Positions 1 through 12,351 of a stretch of 64,000 bases of DNA are shown piece after piece. The stretch is from Mobula hypostoma (Eukaryota). Numbering within the stretch: the stretch's first letter is position 1; every line of letters starts with the position of its first letter. The position numbers were made by a program, and so were the translations under genes. Under the pieces are notes generated by a model that was given only the letters and a program-made list of their open reading frames with translations, ran no database searches and had not been told where the DNA came from. The DNA is taken from positions 248,188,001 through 248,252,000 of the forward strand of contig NC_086097.1 in assembly GCF_963921235.1 (NCBI RefSeq), given 5' to 3'.

Positions 1-180
1 TGTTTGATGGCTCCGGTGAGGTTGATAAATTCTTAATTTATAAAGGGAACAAAGGTAACAGGAAGAAGGCAGGGGAATGGGATTGGAAGGAACAATAAAT
101 CAGCCATGATCGAATGGCAGGGCAGACTTGGTGGACCAAATGGCCTAACTCTGCTCCTATCTCTTATGGTCTTATGGTTC
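1..180 (+). mobile_element. CR1 LINE 3' end fragment
   Basis: CR1-type 3' UTR (cagccatgatcgaatgg...ggcctaactctgctcct) ending in a (TCTTATGG)n tail. Confidence 0.75.
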
Positions 181-619
181 GTATCCCATTTACACCTACA
201 AAAGGATTCATTTAATTTCATACTTGTGTATTTGGATGGGAATTAGAGTTATAAGGTTGAAGAAAATGCAAGCATCTCTACAAAGGATCACAAATACATT
301 TTTGTTTCCATTTAGCAATAAGCACAAAAATAATCTACATAATATTAACCCCAGATACTCATTTTTTTGTCTTAAATACAGTGCCTCAGGTTGAATACTG
401 AAAAGATTTTATGCTGTGGCCAATTAGTCATGGTCCCCCACTGTCCAAGATCAATTTATAAATAGCAGTGCTGCACAACTATAAATAGGTACACTCCAAA
501 GGGAAATAAAGGAAAGAATATTAAAAATAGATGAATGGCTTGTATGCATAATAGATGAGGGAGAATGAAGTCAATTGTTTACATGGATATATCTGCTTGT
601 TTTTATAGTCCACTTGAAT

Positions 620-3600
620 AGGCGTGAGGAGGTTAGTTCACAACAGGGGGATGGGAACCAGTGCAGAGAGACAGAGGGGTGTAAAGTGAGGGTAGAAGCA
701 AAAAGTACTAAGGAAAAGAGTAAAAGTGGCAGGCCGACAAATCCAGGGCAAGCATTAAAAAGGGCCACTTTTCAACATAATTGTATAAGGGCTAAGAGAG
801 TTGTAAAAGAGTGCCTGAAGGCTTTGTGTGTCAATGCAAGGAGCATTCGTAATAAGGTGGATGAATTGAAAGTGCAGATTGTTATTAATGATTATGATAT
901 AGTTGGGATCACAGAGACATGGCTCCAGGGTGACCAGGGATGGGAGCTCAACATTCAGGGATATTCAATATTCAGGAGGGATAGACATGAAGGAAGGGGA
1001 GGTGGGGTGGTGTTGCTGGTTAAAGAAGAGATTAACGCAATAGAAAGGAAGGAGATAAGCCGGGAAGATGTGGAATCGATATGGGTAGAGCTGCGTAACA
1101 CTAAGGGGCAGAAGACGCTGGTGGGAGTTGTGTACAGGCCACCTAACAGTAGTAGTGAGGTCGGAGATGGTATTAAACAGGAAATTAGAAATGTGTGCAA
1201 TAAAGGAACAGCAGTTATAATAGGTGACTTCAATCTACATGTAGATTGGGTGAACCAAATTGGTAAAGGTGCTGAGGAAGAGGATTTCTTGGAATGTATG
1301 CGGGATGGTTTTTTGAACCAACATGTCGAGGAACCAACTAGAGAGCAGGCTATTCTGGACTGGGTTTTGAGCAATGAGGAAGGGTTAATTAGCAATCTTG
1401 TCGTGAGAGGCCCCTTGGGTGAGAGTGACCATAAGATGGTGGAATTCTTCATTAAGATGGAGAGTGACATAGTTAATTCAGAAACAAAGGTTCTGAACTT
1501 AAAGAGGGGTAACTTTGAAGGTATGAGACGTGAATTAGCTAAGATAGACTGGCAAATGACACTTAAAGGATTGACGGTGGATATGCAATGGCAAGCATTT
1601 AAAGGTTGCATGGATGAACTACAGCAGTTGTTCATCCTAGTTTGGCAAAAGAATAAATCAAGGAAGGTAGTGCACCCGTGGCTGACAAGGGAAATTAGGG
1701 ATAGTATCAATTCCAAAGAAGAAGCATACAAATTAGCCAGACAAAGTGGCTCACCTGAGGACTGGGAGAAATTCAGAGTTCAGCAGAGGAGGACAAAGGG
1801 CTTAATTAGGAAGGGGAAAAAAGATTATGAGAGAAAACTGGCAGGGAACATAATAACGGACTGTAAAAGCTTTTATAGATATGTAAAAAGGAAAAGACTG
1901 GTAAAGACAAATGTAGGTCCCCTGCAGACAGAAACAGGTGAATTGATTATGGGGAGCAAGGACATGGCAGACCAATTGAATAATTACTTTGGTTCCGTCT
2001 TCACTAAGGAGAACATAAATAATCTTCCAGAAATAGTAGGGGACAGAGGGTCCAGTGAGATGGAGGAACTGAGCGAAATACATGTTAGTAGGGAAGTGGT
2101 GTTAGGTAAATTGAAGGGATTGAAGGCAGATAAATCCCCAGGGCCAGATGGTCTGCATCCTAGAGTGCTTAAGGAAGTAGCCCAAGAAATAGTGGATGCA
2201 TTAGTGATAATTTTTCAAAACCCGTTAGATTCTGGACTAGTTCCTGAGGATTGGAGGGTGGCTAATGTAACTCCACTTTTTAAAAAAGGAGGGAGAGAGA
2301 AACCGGGGAATTATAGACCGGTTAGCCTAACGTCGGTGGTGGGGAAACTGCTGGAGTCAGTTATCAAAGATGTGATAACAGCACATTTGGAAAGCAGTGA
2401 AATGATCAGACAAAGTCAGCATGGATTTGTGAAAGAAAAATCATGTCTGACGAATCTCATAGAATTTTTTGAGGATGTAACTAGTAGAGTGGATAGGGGA
2501 GAACCAGTGGATGTGGTATATTTGGATTTTCAAAAGGCTTTTGACAAGGTCCCACACAGGAGATTAGTGTGCAAACTTAAAGCACACAGTATTGGGGGTA
2601 AGGTATTGGTGTGGGTGGAGAATTGGTTAGCAGACAGGAAGCAAAGAGTGGGAATAAACGGGACCTTTTCAGAATGGCAGGCGGTGACTAGTGGGGTACC
2701 GCAAGGCTCAGTGCTGGGACCCCAATTGTTTACAATATATATTAATGACTTGGATGAGGGAATTAAATGCAGCATCTCCAAGTTTGTGGATGATACGAAG
2801 CTGGGTGGCAGTGTTAGCTGTGAGGAGGATGCTAAGAGGATGCAGGGTGACTTGAATAGGTTGGGTGAGTGGGCAAATTCATGGCAGATGCAATTTAATG
2901 TGGATAAATGTGAAGTTATCCACTTCGGTGGCAAAAATAGGAAAACAGATTATTATCTGAATGGTGGCCGATTAGGAAAAGGGGAGGTGCAACGAGACCT
3001 GGGTGTCATTATACACCAGTCATTGAAAGTGGGCATGCAGGTACAGCAGGCGGTGAAAAAGGCGAATGGTATGCTGGCATTTATAGCGAGAGGATTCGAG
3101 TACAGGAGCAGGGAGGTACTACTGTAGTTGTACAAGGCCTTGGTGAGACCACACCTGGAGTATTGTGTGCAGTTTTGGTCCCCTAATCTGAGGAAAGACA
3201 TCCTTGCCATAGAGGGAGTACAAAGAAGGTTCACCAGATTGATTCCTGGGATGGCAGGACTTTCATATGAAGAAAGACTGGATGAACTGGGCTTGTACTC
3301 GTTGGAATTTAGAAGATTGAGGGGGGATCTGATTGAAACGTATAAGATCCTAAAGGGATTGGACAGGCTAGATGCAGGAAGATTGTTCCCGATGTTGGGG
3401 AAGTCCAGAACGAGGGGTCACAGTTTGAGGATAAAGGGGAAGCCTTTTTTGGACCGAGATTAGGAAAAACTTCTTCACACAGAGAGTGGTGAATCTGTGG
3501 AATTCTCTGCCACAGGAAACAGTTGAGGCCAGTTCATTGGCTATATTTAAGAGGGAGTTAGATATGGCCCTTGTGGCTACGGGGGTCAGGGGGTATGGAG

Positions 3601-3715
3601 GGAAGGCTGGGGCGGGGTTCTGAGTTGGATGATCAGCCATGATCATAATAAATGGCGGTGCAGGCTCGAAGGGCCGAATGGCCTACTCCTGCACCTATTT
3701 TCTATGTTTCTATGT
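620..3715 (+). mobile_element. CR1 (HER1-like) LINE with near-complete ORF2 (APE endonuclease + RT), inactivated
   Basis: ORF 575-3127 has APE motifs (NARS, GITETW, GDFN, SDH) and RT motifs (PGPDG, QGSVLGP, FVDD). CAG>TAG stop at 3125-3127 and a +1 frameshift in the T run at 3445-3450 relative to sister copies. (TTTCTATG)n tail. 5' boundary approximate. Confidence 0.95.
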
Positions 3716-3844
3716 GTGTGTATGTGTATATACAATTTCTGCCTGTAAATAAGTGTCATACAAATGTATACATTATTGTTCATAAGCTTTAACTAATTTG
3801 TCTTGTGTATATATATTTGGGGATCTTTATAACAAGACTGTACG

Positions 3845-4280
3845 ATCATATGACATAGGTGTAGAATAAGGCCATTTGGCCCATTGAGTCTGCTCCATCA
3901 TGGCTGATAGATTATCCCACTCAACCCATTTCTCTTGCCCTCTCCCTATAACCTTTAATGTCCTTATTAATCAGGAATCAGTCAACCTCTGCTTTAAATA
4001 TACATTATGAATTTGCCTCTATGGCCATCTGTGGCAATGAATTCCGCAGATTCAACACCCTCTGGCTAAAGAAATTCTTCCTTATCTCTGTTTTAATTTG
4101 ATGTCCCTCTATTCTGAGGTTGTGCTCTTTGGCTGTAGAATTCGCCCACTATAGAAAACATCCTCTTCACATCCAGTCTATCCAGGGCTTTTGATTTGTT
4201 TCAGTGAGGTCCCCCCCCCCCCCGCCTTACTCTTCTAAACTCCAGTGAGTACAGACTCAGAGCCATCAAATGTTCTTAAT
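3845..4280 (-). mobile_element. CR1 3' fragment
   Basis: Reverse complement of the CR1 ORF2 C-terminus (RVLNLRNS-like) and 3' UTR. Confidence 0.7.
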
Positions 4281-4449
4281 TACTCCATCTGCATTTGCGT
4301 GTTTGCTGCTTGTTTATGTACATGGGGGTGGGGGGATGTCTTTTGTTATGTTTGTACTCACGTTCATACTCGGCCCAATACATGAATTTCTTTAGGCGTT
4401 ATTAATTCGTATTGCCAAATCTTTAATTAGTTAATTAATTAATTAATTA

Positions 4450-4657
4450 TTATATTTAGGATACAGCACCTTTTGAGTCACGACCAATTAGCCACCTGGT
4501 AGGTCTTTGGACTCGACTATCGGAGGAAACCGAAGCGCCCGGGGAAAACACACGCATTTCACGGGGAGGATGTACAGAGACTCCTTGCAGAACAGCTCTG
4601 CAACTGAACTCCGAAACGCCTCCAGCTGTAATAGCGTTGCGCTAACCATAACACTCC
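4450..4657 (-). mobile_element. V-SINE (HE1-like) immediately upstream of the AMPH promoter
   Basis: Antisense V-domain (ggaggaaaccgaagcgcccggggaaaacacacgca...acggggaggatgtaca) and tRNA-like head. Confidence 0.7.
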
Positions 4658-4873
4658 GAGGCTTTATAAATAAATAAAGTTAAAATATCTCAAACTAAAA
4701 CTAAAGGAGCACACATTCTGGCAAGGTTGTTTGCGCAAACATGCAGCACGGTGCATGTTTTGCACGCGGGTGCGTGTCGGTGCAGGGTGGGTGGAGGTCG
4801 CTTTAAGAGTTGTTGCTGCGGCCGCCCCGTTTCAGGTGGAGCGCAGGGACGGAGACACACGCACACAGCAGCC

Positions 4874-4945
4874 ATGGCGGACAACATCAAAACAGGAGTC
4901 TTCGCGAAAAATGTGCAGAAACGGCTGAACAGGGCCCAAGAGAAG
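4874..4945 (+). CDS. AMPH: Amphiphysin first coding exon (N-BAR helix 0 region), 24 codons, phase-0 donor
   Basis: ATG in strong Kozak context (GCAGCCATGG). Translation MADNIKTGVFAKNVQKRLNRAQEK matches the vertebrate AMPH N-terminus as I recall it (MADIKTGIFAKNVQKRLNRAQEK) and is distinct from BIN1/BIN2. It is followed by a canonical AAG|GTAAGG donor where exon 1 is expected to end. Confidence 0.95.
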
Positions 4946-5053
4946 GTAAGGAAATGGCCAGTCTCCTGCCCTGTCATCGGTTACGGACTCAATCTCTGGA
5001 GATAAGCGTTTGTTTTTCGGTTTCGGTCCCCGCAGCTGCCGGGCTGGATCGGT

Positions 5054-5081
5054 TTCAGCACCGAGAGGCAGGGACAGCGAC
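5054..5081 (+). promoter_or_regulatory. Non-canonical (split) RE1/NRSE site for REST/NRSF
   Basis: TTCAGCACC (5054-5062), 9-nt spacer GAGAGGCAG, then GGACAGCGAC (5072-5081). Both RE1 half-sites are near-perfect; the canonical spacer is 2 nt. Confidence 0.6.
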
Positions 5082-6241
5082 CGACGGCCGAGGGACGGCG
5101 GGCGGATGCGGGAGAGATGGGACTGTGTGCGGAAGATAGGAAGAAGGTCGTGGTGGAAGGAGAGGACGGGGAGAGCTGAGAAGGGTGAAGGGGTGAGGAA
5201 GGGGATAAGGTTTCACACGGTACCGGAGCCGGTTTGTCTGCCTTCTAGGGCCGAAGCAATGCAAGAGAAGCCGGGGTGTGCGGCTGGCTCTTAAGCTAAG
5301 AATATGTAGATTCCAGTTCCCCTGTCAGGGCTCCGAGTAGATACAGAGAGAGGGTTGATGGGGTTAGTTCTGGGGGTAGATCCGGCTGTAGTATCCCAGA
5401 GTCACGGTGACCCTGAGAGCGGAGAGTGGGGTGACTGTCGCATGGAGTGACGGGGCCTGGCCCAACATTATATCGACATATCCCACGGGTAACCTTCAGA
5501 AGTCAAAGCCTGACGGGGGAACAGCCCAGCTGGCGCCCCGCATCATTTCATCGGGAGAGCAGCGGAAAAAAAAACAAGTGATAGTTTTAGAGGACATTCA
5601 CCTCCTTTCCCCCCACTGCCCGTTAAACTGGGAGGAGGTGCAGTCAACCTGGGAACCGTACACGAACGGGCTTCAGATGCCGCCGGTCGGTGCTCCCCGC
5701 GGCGTGCTTGTGTGCTCTCGGGGTTACCCCGTCTTTTCTTGCCTGTCCCGACGAGCAGCTGACTGAAAGATTTGCTGCCCTCTGCTCTCCCCGCCCCCAC
5801 AATGTTTATATAAGAGGATTTCTTCTCCTTTAATATCCCCGCGGACCCAACCACCCTAATCTCCGGCAGAATGTTGTTATCTTTGCCTCATTGCGCAGGG
5901 GAACTTGATAACTCATCGGCGTTTCTCTAGTGTGGGATGACATTTATTTGAAATTATCATTGGCGATTTCAGCGGGTTTGCTTTACAGTCGGAAGATTTG
6001 TTTGTTGCGGGCTGGTTAAGTTGGCACTGATTTTTAGAGCAACCTTTGACTCTTTTCGTTGTTATTGATTGGAACAGAGCAGTAATGTAGGAATGAAATC
6101 ATCTGTTTTATCCAGAGACTTATTAATTACTGCTGACATCAAATAAAATGCATCTCTCTCTCAATACCGCGTAGGAACATCTCGCTCACTGGAACTTGGT
6201 TTGGCAATGGGACATTATAAGGTTAACAAAGTCAACAATCC

Positions 6242-6467
6242 GCACTCTGGCCATTTCATTAGGTACATCCCTACACCTGCGTTAATGCAAATCAGCCAAT
6301 CAAGTGGTGGCAACCCAATACATAAAAGTATGTGGAGGTTCATTTGTTCGGACCAAACATTAGCATGAGGAAGAAATGTGATCCGAGTGACTTTAACCGT
6401 TGAATGATTGTTAGTGCCAGGTGGGGTGGTTTGAGTATCTCAGAAACTGCTGCCCTCCTGGGATTTG
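6242..6467 (+). mobile_element. Tc1-like non-autonomous element, left part
   Basis: TIR-like cactctggccatttcattaggtac followed by a degenerate Tc1 transposase N-terminus (MRKKCDPSDFNR.MIVSARWGGLSISETAALLGF). Confidence 0.75.
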
Positions 6468-6799
6468 AGGTTACCGATTTTAATTGTTACAGAATTATAT
6501 AAAAGTACAGTAGAGAAATAGGCCCTTTGGCCCATCTAGTCCTTGCCAAGGCATTTAAACTGCCTACTCCCATTGACCTGCATCAGGACCATCGTCCTCC
6601 ATATCCCCTGCCTCCATTCATATACCTATCCAAACTTTTCTTAAATGTTGAAATCGAGCTTGCATGCACCACTTGCCCTGGGAGCTTGTACCACACTCTC
6701 ATGACTCTCTGGGTGAAGAAGTTTCCCTCTTCACTCTTGTTTTAATATCACAATTCTGAATTGATTATGAAACAATGCTCAGAACATACAACGTGTATT

Positions 6800-7120
6800 T
6801 ATCACCTTCCTCTGGTGCTCGTCCTGCTCCCCTTTTCCCCAAGGTCCACTCTCCTCTTCTATCAAATTCCTTCTTCTTCAGCCCTTTACCTTTTCCACCC
6901 CTCACCTTCCAGGTTCTTACTTCATCCTGCCTGTCCCACCCATCTTCCTTCCCCCTCACCTGGTTTCACCTATCACCTGCCAGCTTGTACTCCTTCCCCT
7001 CCCCCTACCAGCTTATTCTGGCTTTTTTCCCCTTCCCTTCCACCTGACAAACAGTCTCGGCATGTTTACTCCTCTCAATAGATGCTGCCTGATGGCCTCA
7101 GTTTTTTCAGCATTGTGTGT
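6800..7120 (+). mobile_element. Penelope-like element 3' (pLTR) fragment
   Basis: Pyrimidine-rich 3' UTR matching the reverse complement of the copies at 34.9 kb and 60.4 kb; ends with the gatgctgcctga...cagcattgtgtgt motif. Confidence 0.65.
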
Positions 7121-7678
7121 CTTGAATGCAAGTCACCTTTCCTCTGGGGCAACTTGGCTTATCACAGACACCAGCAGAGGCTTAGAGATCATGCTTTCTC
7201 AATATTGCTTTAGTTAATAATATTCAATTATTACATCACTAATTTTCCATTTTCATTGGAAAGTGATTTCCTAAGCTTGTGGTATTATAATTTATAGAGA
7301 GGACATAGAACATGATAGCAAAGTACATGCTCTTTGAAGATTAATCTAACCCTTCACACCTGGCCCTCAATTTTTCTATCTTCTATGCATCCACTACTAT
7401 CAGTATTTTAAAAAGATCTACCATACTTCCCACCATACTTCCCTTCAATCACTTTGAAGTTGTGCCTTCTGGTATTAGCCATTTCCACCCTGAGAAAGGT
7501 CTCTTGCTGTCCACTTGATCTATGCCTTTTATTTTCTAGTATACCTCTATCATATCACCTCTCATCCTCCTTCACTCGAGGTAGAACAAAAACCGTTCAA
7601 ATTGTAACAATGGAAAAGTTGATCAAAGATACTTGTGAAATAATGTCTAGATCAAAGACTATTTTATCACTTTTTATA

Positions 7679-8184
7679 CACACAGTGGCCACTTAGTTAG
7701 GTGCCTCCTAATACTGTCTATATTTATGCTCTTCTGTTGCTGTAGTCCATCCATTTCAAGATTCAACATGTGCGTTCAGAGACTCTTGTGCACATAACGT
7801 GATTACTTGAGTTACTCTTGCCTTTCTGTCAGCTTAAACCAATCAGGCCACTCTCCTCTCTCATTAAAATGCATTTCCCCCACAGAACTGCCACTCACTG
7901 CATGTTCTTTGCACCGTTCTCTGTAAACACTAGAGACTGTTGTGTGTGAAAATCCCAGGAGATCAGCAATTTCTAAGATACTCAAACTACCCCATCTGGC
8001 ACCAACAATCATTCCTCAGTCAAAGTCACTTAGGTCACATTTCTTCCTCATTCTGATGTTTGGTCTGAACAACAACTGAACCTCTTGACCATGTCTGCAT
8101 GCTTTTATGCATTAAGCTGCTGCCATATGATTGGTTGATTAGACATTTGGATCAACAAGTATCTAATAAAGTGACTACTCAGTG
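7679..8184 (-). mobile_element. Tc1-like internally deleted DNA transposon with both TIRs and TA TSD
   Basis: TA|cacacagtggccacttagttagg at the left end and ctaataaagtgactactcagtg|TA at the right end. ORF 7812-8012 is a Tc1 N-terminal HTH (MIVGARWGSLSILEIADLLGFSHTTVSSVYRE). Confidence 0.85.
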
Positions 8185-8619
8185 TATATGCTCATTATTC
8201 ATGTTTCCTGTAGAATTTCAGGAGAATTAACACATTGCCCAGAGGTTTATTTTAAAATGGTGAGTGCACAGTAACTTCATCTAAGGGCATTATCTGTTCC
8301 GTGTCCTTGAAGCTATCACAGTATCAGTCACTGTGCTCTCAGGAACATTGAAGGACACATTTAATCACAAGACAATATAAAATCTATGCTGGAATAGTGT
8401 GACTTCCATTCATTGGGTACATGACCTTTAGAATCTTGATTCATAGCAATTCAGTCTAAGTTCTTCATGCATGCACTTTGAATGCAAACTGATCTGAACT
8501 TAAGACTTAAATCTTATGGCTAAAACATAGCAACATACAATTTGCTATTAGTTGCCATCATTATTTCTAATTTTTTTATTTATCTATTATCTATTTACTT
8601 ATCATTTATCTATCTATCC

Positions 8620-8825
8620 ATCTAGACATGCAAGCTGGCCCTTCTGGTCCAATAAACCCGCACTGCTCAGTTACACCAATGAGACCAACCTCTACGTTTT
8701 TGGAATGTGGGAGGAAACTCATGCAGTCACAGGGGAGAATGTTTAAAAACTCTTTACAGACCCTGGTGGGAATTGAACCCAGGTCGCTGGCACCGTAATA
8801 ACTTCACACTGACTGTTACTGCCCT
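8620..8825 (-). mobile_element. V-SINE (HE1-like), degenerate
   Basis: Antisense V-domain and tRNA-like B box (gggaattgaacccagg). Confidence 0.65.
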
Positions 8826-9715
8826 AGTTATATTCAGTTGTGAAGTAAATGACTAGCTGACATATATTCTGCTGTGGTGATTGTTGTGTTCATCATTGAG
8901 GGAGAGTGCAGAGCACACCAGGACACCAGCTTGCAGGATATTCAATTGAACTTTACCCTGCTTGTATGGTATGTGAACTCCCCCCATGTGGGAGTGGCAG
9001 AGAAATAACACTATTAACTACCACTACAGCCATATTCTTAAATCTGAATCAAAAATTGTGTGTTGAAGTCCCACGTCATACTCAAACACACTATCAGGGT
9101 TTTTTCCCCTCTAGCCCCCAACTCCAATCCAATTCTCAATTATGCCTATCATTGTCTATACCATAAACTCTGGAGTTTACCCAGCGTTCGCTGTACTCTA
9201 TTGATCAGAGGTGTCATTAAATCAAGGTCGTCTCTGGTGAATGTAGAAGAAACTCAGCTCCTTCAAAGAAAGGCAGTAATTTTCCACTTCATGTTACAGG
9301 CACTTTGTCTGTTTTAACTGACAGCATAAATGCTGATTTTCTACTTATGATATTGTGCTTGTTGGGCCTTATTACGTGTAAAGTGGCTGTCACATTTACT
9401 CCATTAGAATTCTTAAAACACAATTCAATATGTCCGAGGCACTTTAGTACCAAGACTACTGTGCTGATCCAAAGAGTGCTGTGTGAAGTCATTTTTACTC
9501 TCGGTCATTTGTGAGTCAATCTATAGCCAGAGAAGTGATGACACCCCCCCCCCCATTAGACTGTTTGGGGTAACTTATTTTTCATTCTTTCATACTTCTC
9601 TTTTAATATTTGTATATCTATGCACTACTGTGACTCTGACTCTGGAATTTCCTCTATGATCAGTAAAGTATCTATCTATTTATCCTAAGCATAGAACATT
9701 ATAGCACATTACGAG

Positions 9716-10012
9716 TTTTATTTAGAGATATAGCATGGAACAGGCCTTCCGGCCCAACAAACAACACCCCCCAGCAACCCATCTATTGAACCCGCGCCTT
9801 ATCACAGGACAATTTACAATGACCAATTAGCCTACTAACCTGTACGTGTTTGGAGTGTGGGAGGGAGCTGGAGCCCCAGGAGGAAACCCATGCATTCATG
9901 TGGAGGACGTACAAACTTCTTACGGGCAGCGTCAGAATTGAACTCCAAACTCTGACAACCTGAGTTGCAATAGCATTGCATTAACTGGTACACTACTGTG
10001 GTGCCCACTGTA
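9716..10012 (-). mobile_element. V-SINE (HE1-like) nested in a CR1 3' fragment
   Basis: Antisense V-domain; the CR1 tail is interrupted at ~9715 and resumes at ~10010-10380. Confidence 0.7.
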
Positions 10013-10699
10013 ACCCACTCTTAAGGTCAATCTAACCATCCCCTCCCACATAATCCTGTCATCCATGTGCCCATCTAAGAGCTTCCCACATGCTCCTACG
10101 ACCACCCTGGCAGTGTGTTCCGCACACTCGCCACTCTCTGTGTAAAAACCTGACATTCCCACCTAGACTGTCTTCACCTTACAATTATGCTCTCCTGAAT
10201 TAGCCTTTTCCACCCTGGGCTGTCCACTTGATCTATGCCTCTTACTAAGTTGTCCACCTGTATCAAATTGCCTCTCATCATCTTTGCTGCAGAGAGAAAA
10301 CCCCTAGCTTGCTGAACCTTTCTTCAAAAGACATGTTCTGTAGTCCAGGCAGCATCCTGGTAAATCTCTCCTCCATCTTCCTCAGGAACTAATAGCCTTT
10401 CTTTACTCTGACTGATGGATGAGGATTTGGCACATCCAAGGACACCCCCAGTGGTCCTAAGATCTGTGCTGTATAGCTCTCAGATTATTGTGACTTCCAG
10501 TTCCAGCCTTCTCTGCTCCCATGAGTCTTTCCTCCTTTCACTCAGCCTAATTAGCTAGACATATCTTGTACGCTTTTGGAACATTTCATTCCAATCAATG
10601 TCCAATGAATGGATAATGCCCATTCTTCATTTATAAAGCACTCTTAAAATATTTGTAAAACCTGCCCTAATATCTTCCAGTGAGGTCTCTGTCATACTT

Positions 10700-11005
10700 G
10701 GTCACAGGAAAACAGCATCCATCATCGTGAACCCCCACCACATAGAACATTCTCTCTCCTTGTTGCTGTCATTAGCAAGAAGGTCCAGGAGCCTCAGGAC
10801 TCACACCACCAGGTTCAGGAACAGTTACTACCCCTCAATTATCAGGCTCTTGATCCAAAGAGGATAACATCACACAGCTTCACTTGCCCCGTCACTGAAA
10901 CGTTCCCATAACCTATGGAATCACTTTCAAGGACTCATCTCATGTTCTTGATATTTGTTGCTTATTTATTTAGTATGATTATTTCTTTCTTTTTGTGTTT
11001 GCACT
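10700..11005 (+). mobile_element. Rex1/Babar LINE 3' fragment
   Basis: Degenerate KTASIIV.PHH...LLSLARR.RSLRTHTTRFRNSYYP C-terminus plus 3' UTR. Confidence 0.7.
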
Positions 11006-11042
11006 GTTTGTAGGCTGAGATCCTCCATCAGGACTTATGATT

Positions 11043-11075
11043 CTGAAGAAGGGTCTCGGCCCGAAATGTCAACTG
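11043..11075 (+). ncRNA. Minimal type-I hammerhead ribozyme core in a Penelope-derived repeat
   Basis: CTGAAGA-AGGGTCTCGGCCC-GAAA-TGTC-AACTG: hammerhead core boxes flank stem II (GGG/CCC), with a GUC cleavage triplet. An inverted partial partner lies at 11012-11035. Confidence 0.6.
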
Positions 11076-11524
11076 TTTACTCTTTTCCATGGATGCTGCC
11101 TGGCCTGCTGAGTTCCTCCTGCATTTTGTGTGCGTTGCTTTTCAGCAGATTTCCTCACATTTGTGATATTTTTGGCTGCTCTGGTTTCCGGTCACATTGC
11201 AGAGATGTATGGGTTAGTGTTGGAGAGCTGTGGGCATGTCATATTGGCACCAGACACATGATGGTACTGGCGGGCTACCCAGCACATCCTCAGACTGTGT
11301 TAGTCACTGACGCTAATGACACATTTTACTGTATGTATTGCTGTTTCAATGTACATGTGAAAAAAAATCACATTTACTGTATCTTAATCCTTTATAAGCA
11401 ATGCAAAACAATTCCCACAATCTAGCTGTCCTTTGCTATGAACCTCCTTGGCTTCAAATGAATGAAGCCCTTTACACATAATTGTCTTTCTCAAATAAAC
11501 CTACCTGTGATATATGTAATGTTG

Positions 11525-12351
11525 CAGATATGGGCAGGGAAAGGGCAGATGGAGTTTAACCCAGATAAATGTGAGGTGTTGCACATCGGTAGGGCAAACG
11601 TATGGAGACAGCACACTGTTAAGGGCAAGACCCTTAACTGAGTTGCTGAGCAAAGATATCTTCGGGTCCATGTTCATAGGTCCTTGAAAGTGGCTACCCA
11701 GGTTGATGGGGTGATTAAGAAGGCTTACAGAATACTTGCTTTTATTAGTCGCAGCATTGAATTCAGAAGTCAAGAGGTTACGTTGCAACTTTATAGAACT
11801 TTGGTTAGATCACATCTGGGGCATTGCATACAGTTCTGGTTGCCCCTCTACAGGAAGGATGTTGAGGCTTTGGAGAGGGTGCAGAAGATGTCCTGCCTGG
11901 TTTAGAGGGCATGTGCTATCATGAAAGGCTGAACAAACTTGGGTTGTTTTCTGCAGAGCAGCGGAGGCCGAGGGGGTATTGGATGGAGTTTTATGAGATT
12001 ATGAGAGGCATTGATAGAGCAGACAGGGAGAATCTATTTCACAGGGTTGAGATGTCTGATACCAGAGGGCATGTATTGAAGGAGAGGAGGGGTAGGTTCA
12101 AAGGGGATGTGAGGGGTAAGATTCTCTCTGAGTTGTGGATGCCCGGAAAGCACTGACTGGAATGGTGGTAGAGGCAAATACTTTAGAGGCTTTTCGGAGA
12201 TGTTTAGATAGGCACGTGGGTATGAGGAAGATGGAGGGCTATGGCTAATGTATAGGTAGGAAGGATTTGTTTTTTTGGGGGGGGGGGTTGGAAATTTTAG
12301 CTGGTCCTGGCCTGTTGGCCTGTTCCTGTGCAGTACTGTTCTATGTTCTAT
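11525..12351 (+). mobile_element. CR1 5'-truncated, degenerate
   Basis: ORFs 11684-11905 and 11911-12156 are the CR1 ORF2 C-terminus; (TTCTATG)n tail. Confidence 0.85.

Larger units (their letters stand above)
4700..5780 (+). promoter_or_regulatory. CpG-island-like promoter / first-exon region of AMPH
   Basis: Marked local enrichment of GC and CpG around the ATG compared with the CpG-poor flanks; non-repetitive sequence. Confidence 0.8.

Noticed and set aside
955..2934. Antisense ORFs (258, 93, 134 aa) and their twins at 48024-49456
   Set aside because: Shadow frames of CR1 ORF2; they recur only because the element is duplicated.
575..3127. 850-aa ORF as a functional host gene or active LINE
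   Set aside because: It is CR1 ORF2 with a premature stop, a downstream frameshift and FADD changed to FVDD; the N-terminal residues come from flanking DNA.
4727..5766. Multiple overlapping ORFs around exon 1
   Set aside because: Expected in GC-rich, stop-poor CpG-island DNA; only 4874-4945 has homology and splice support.
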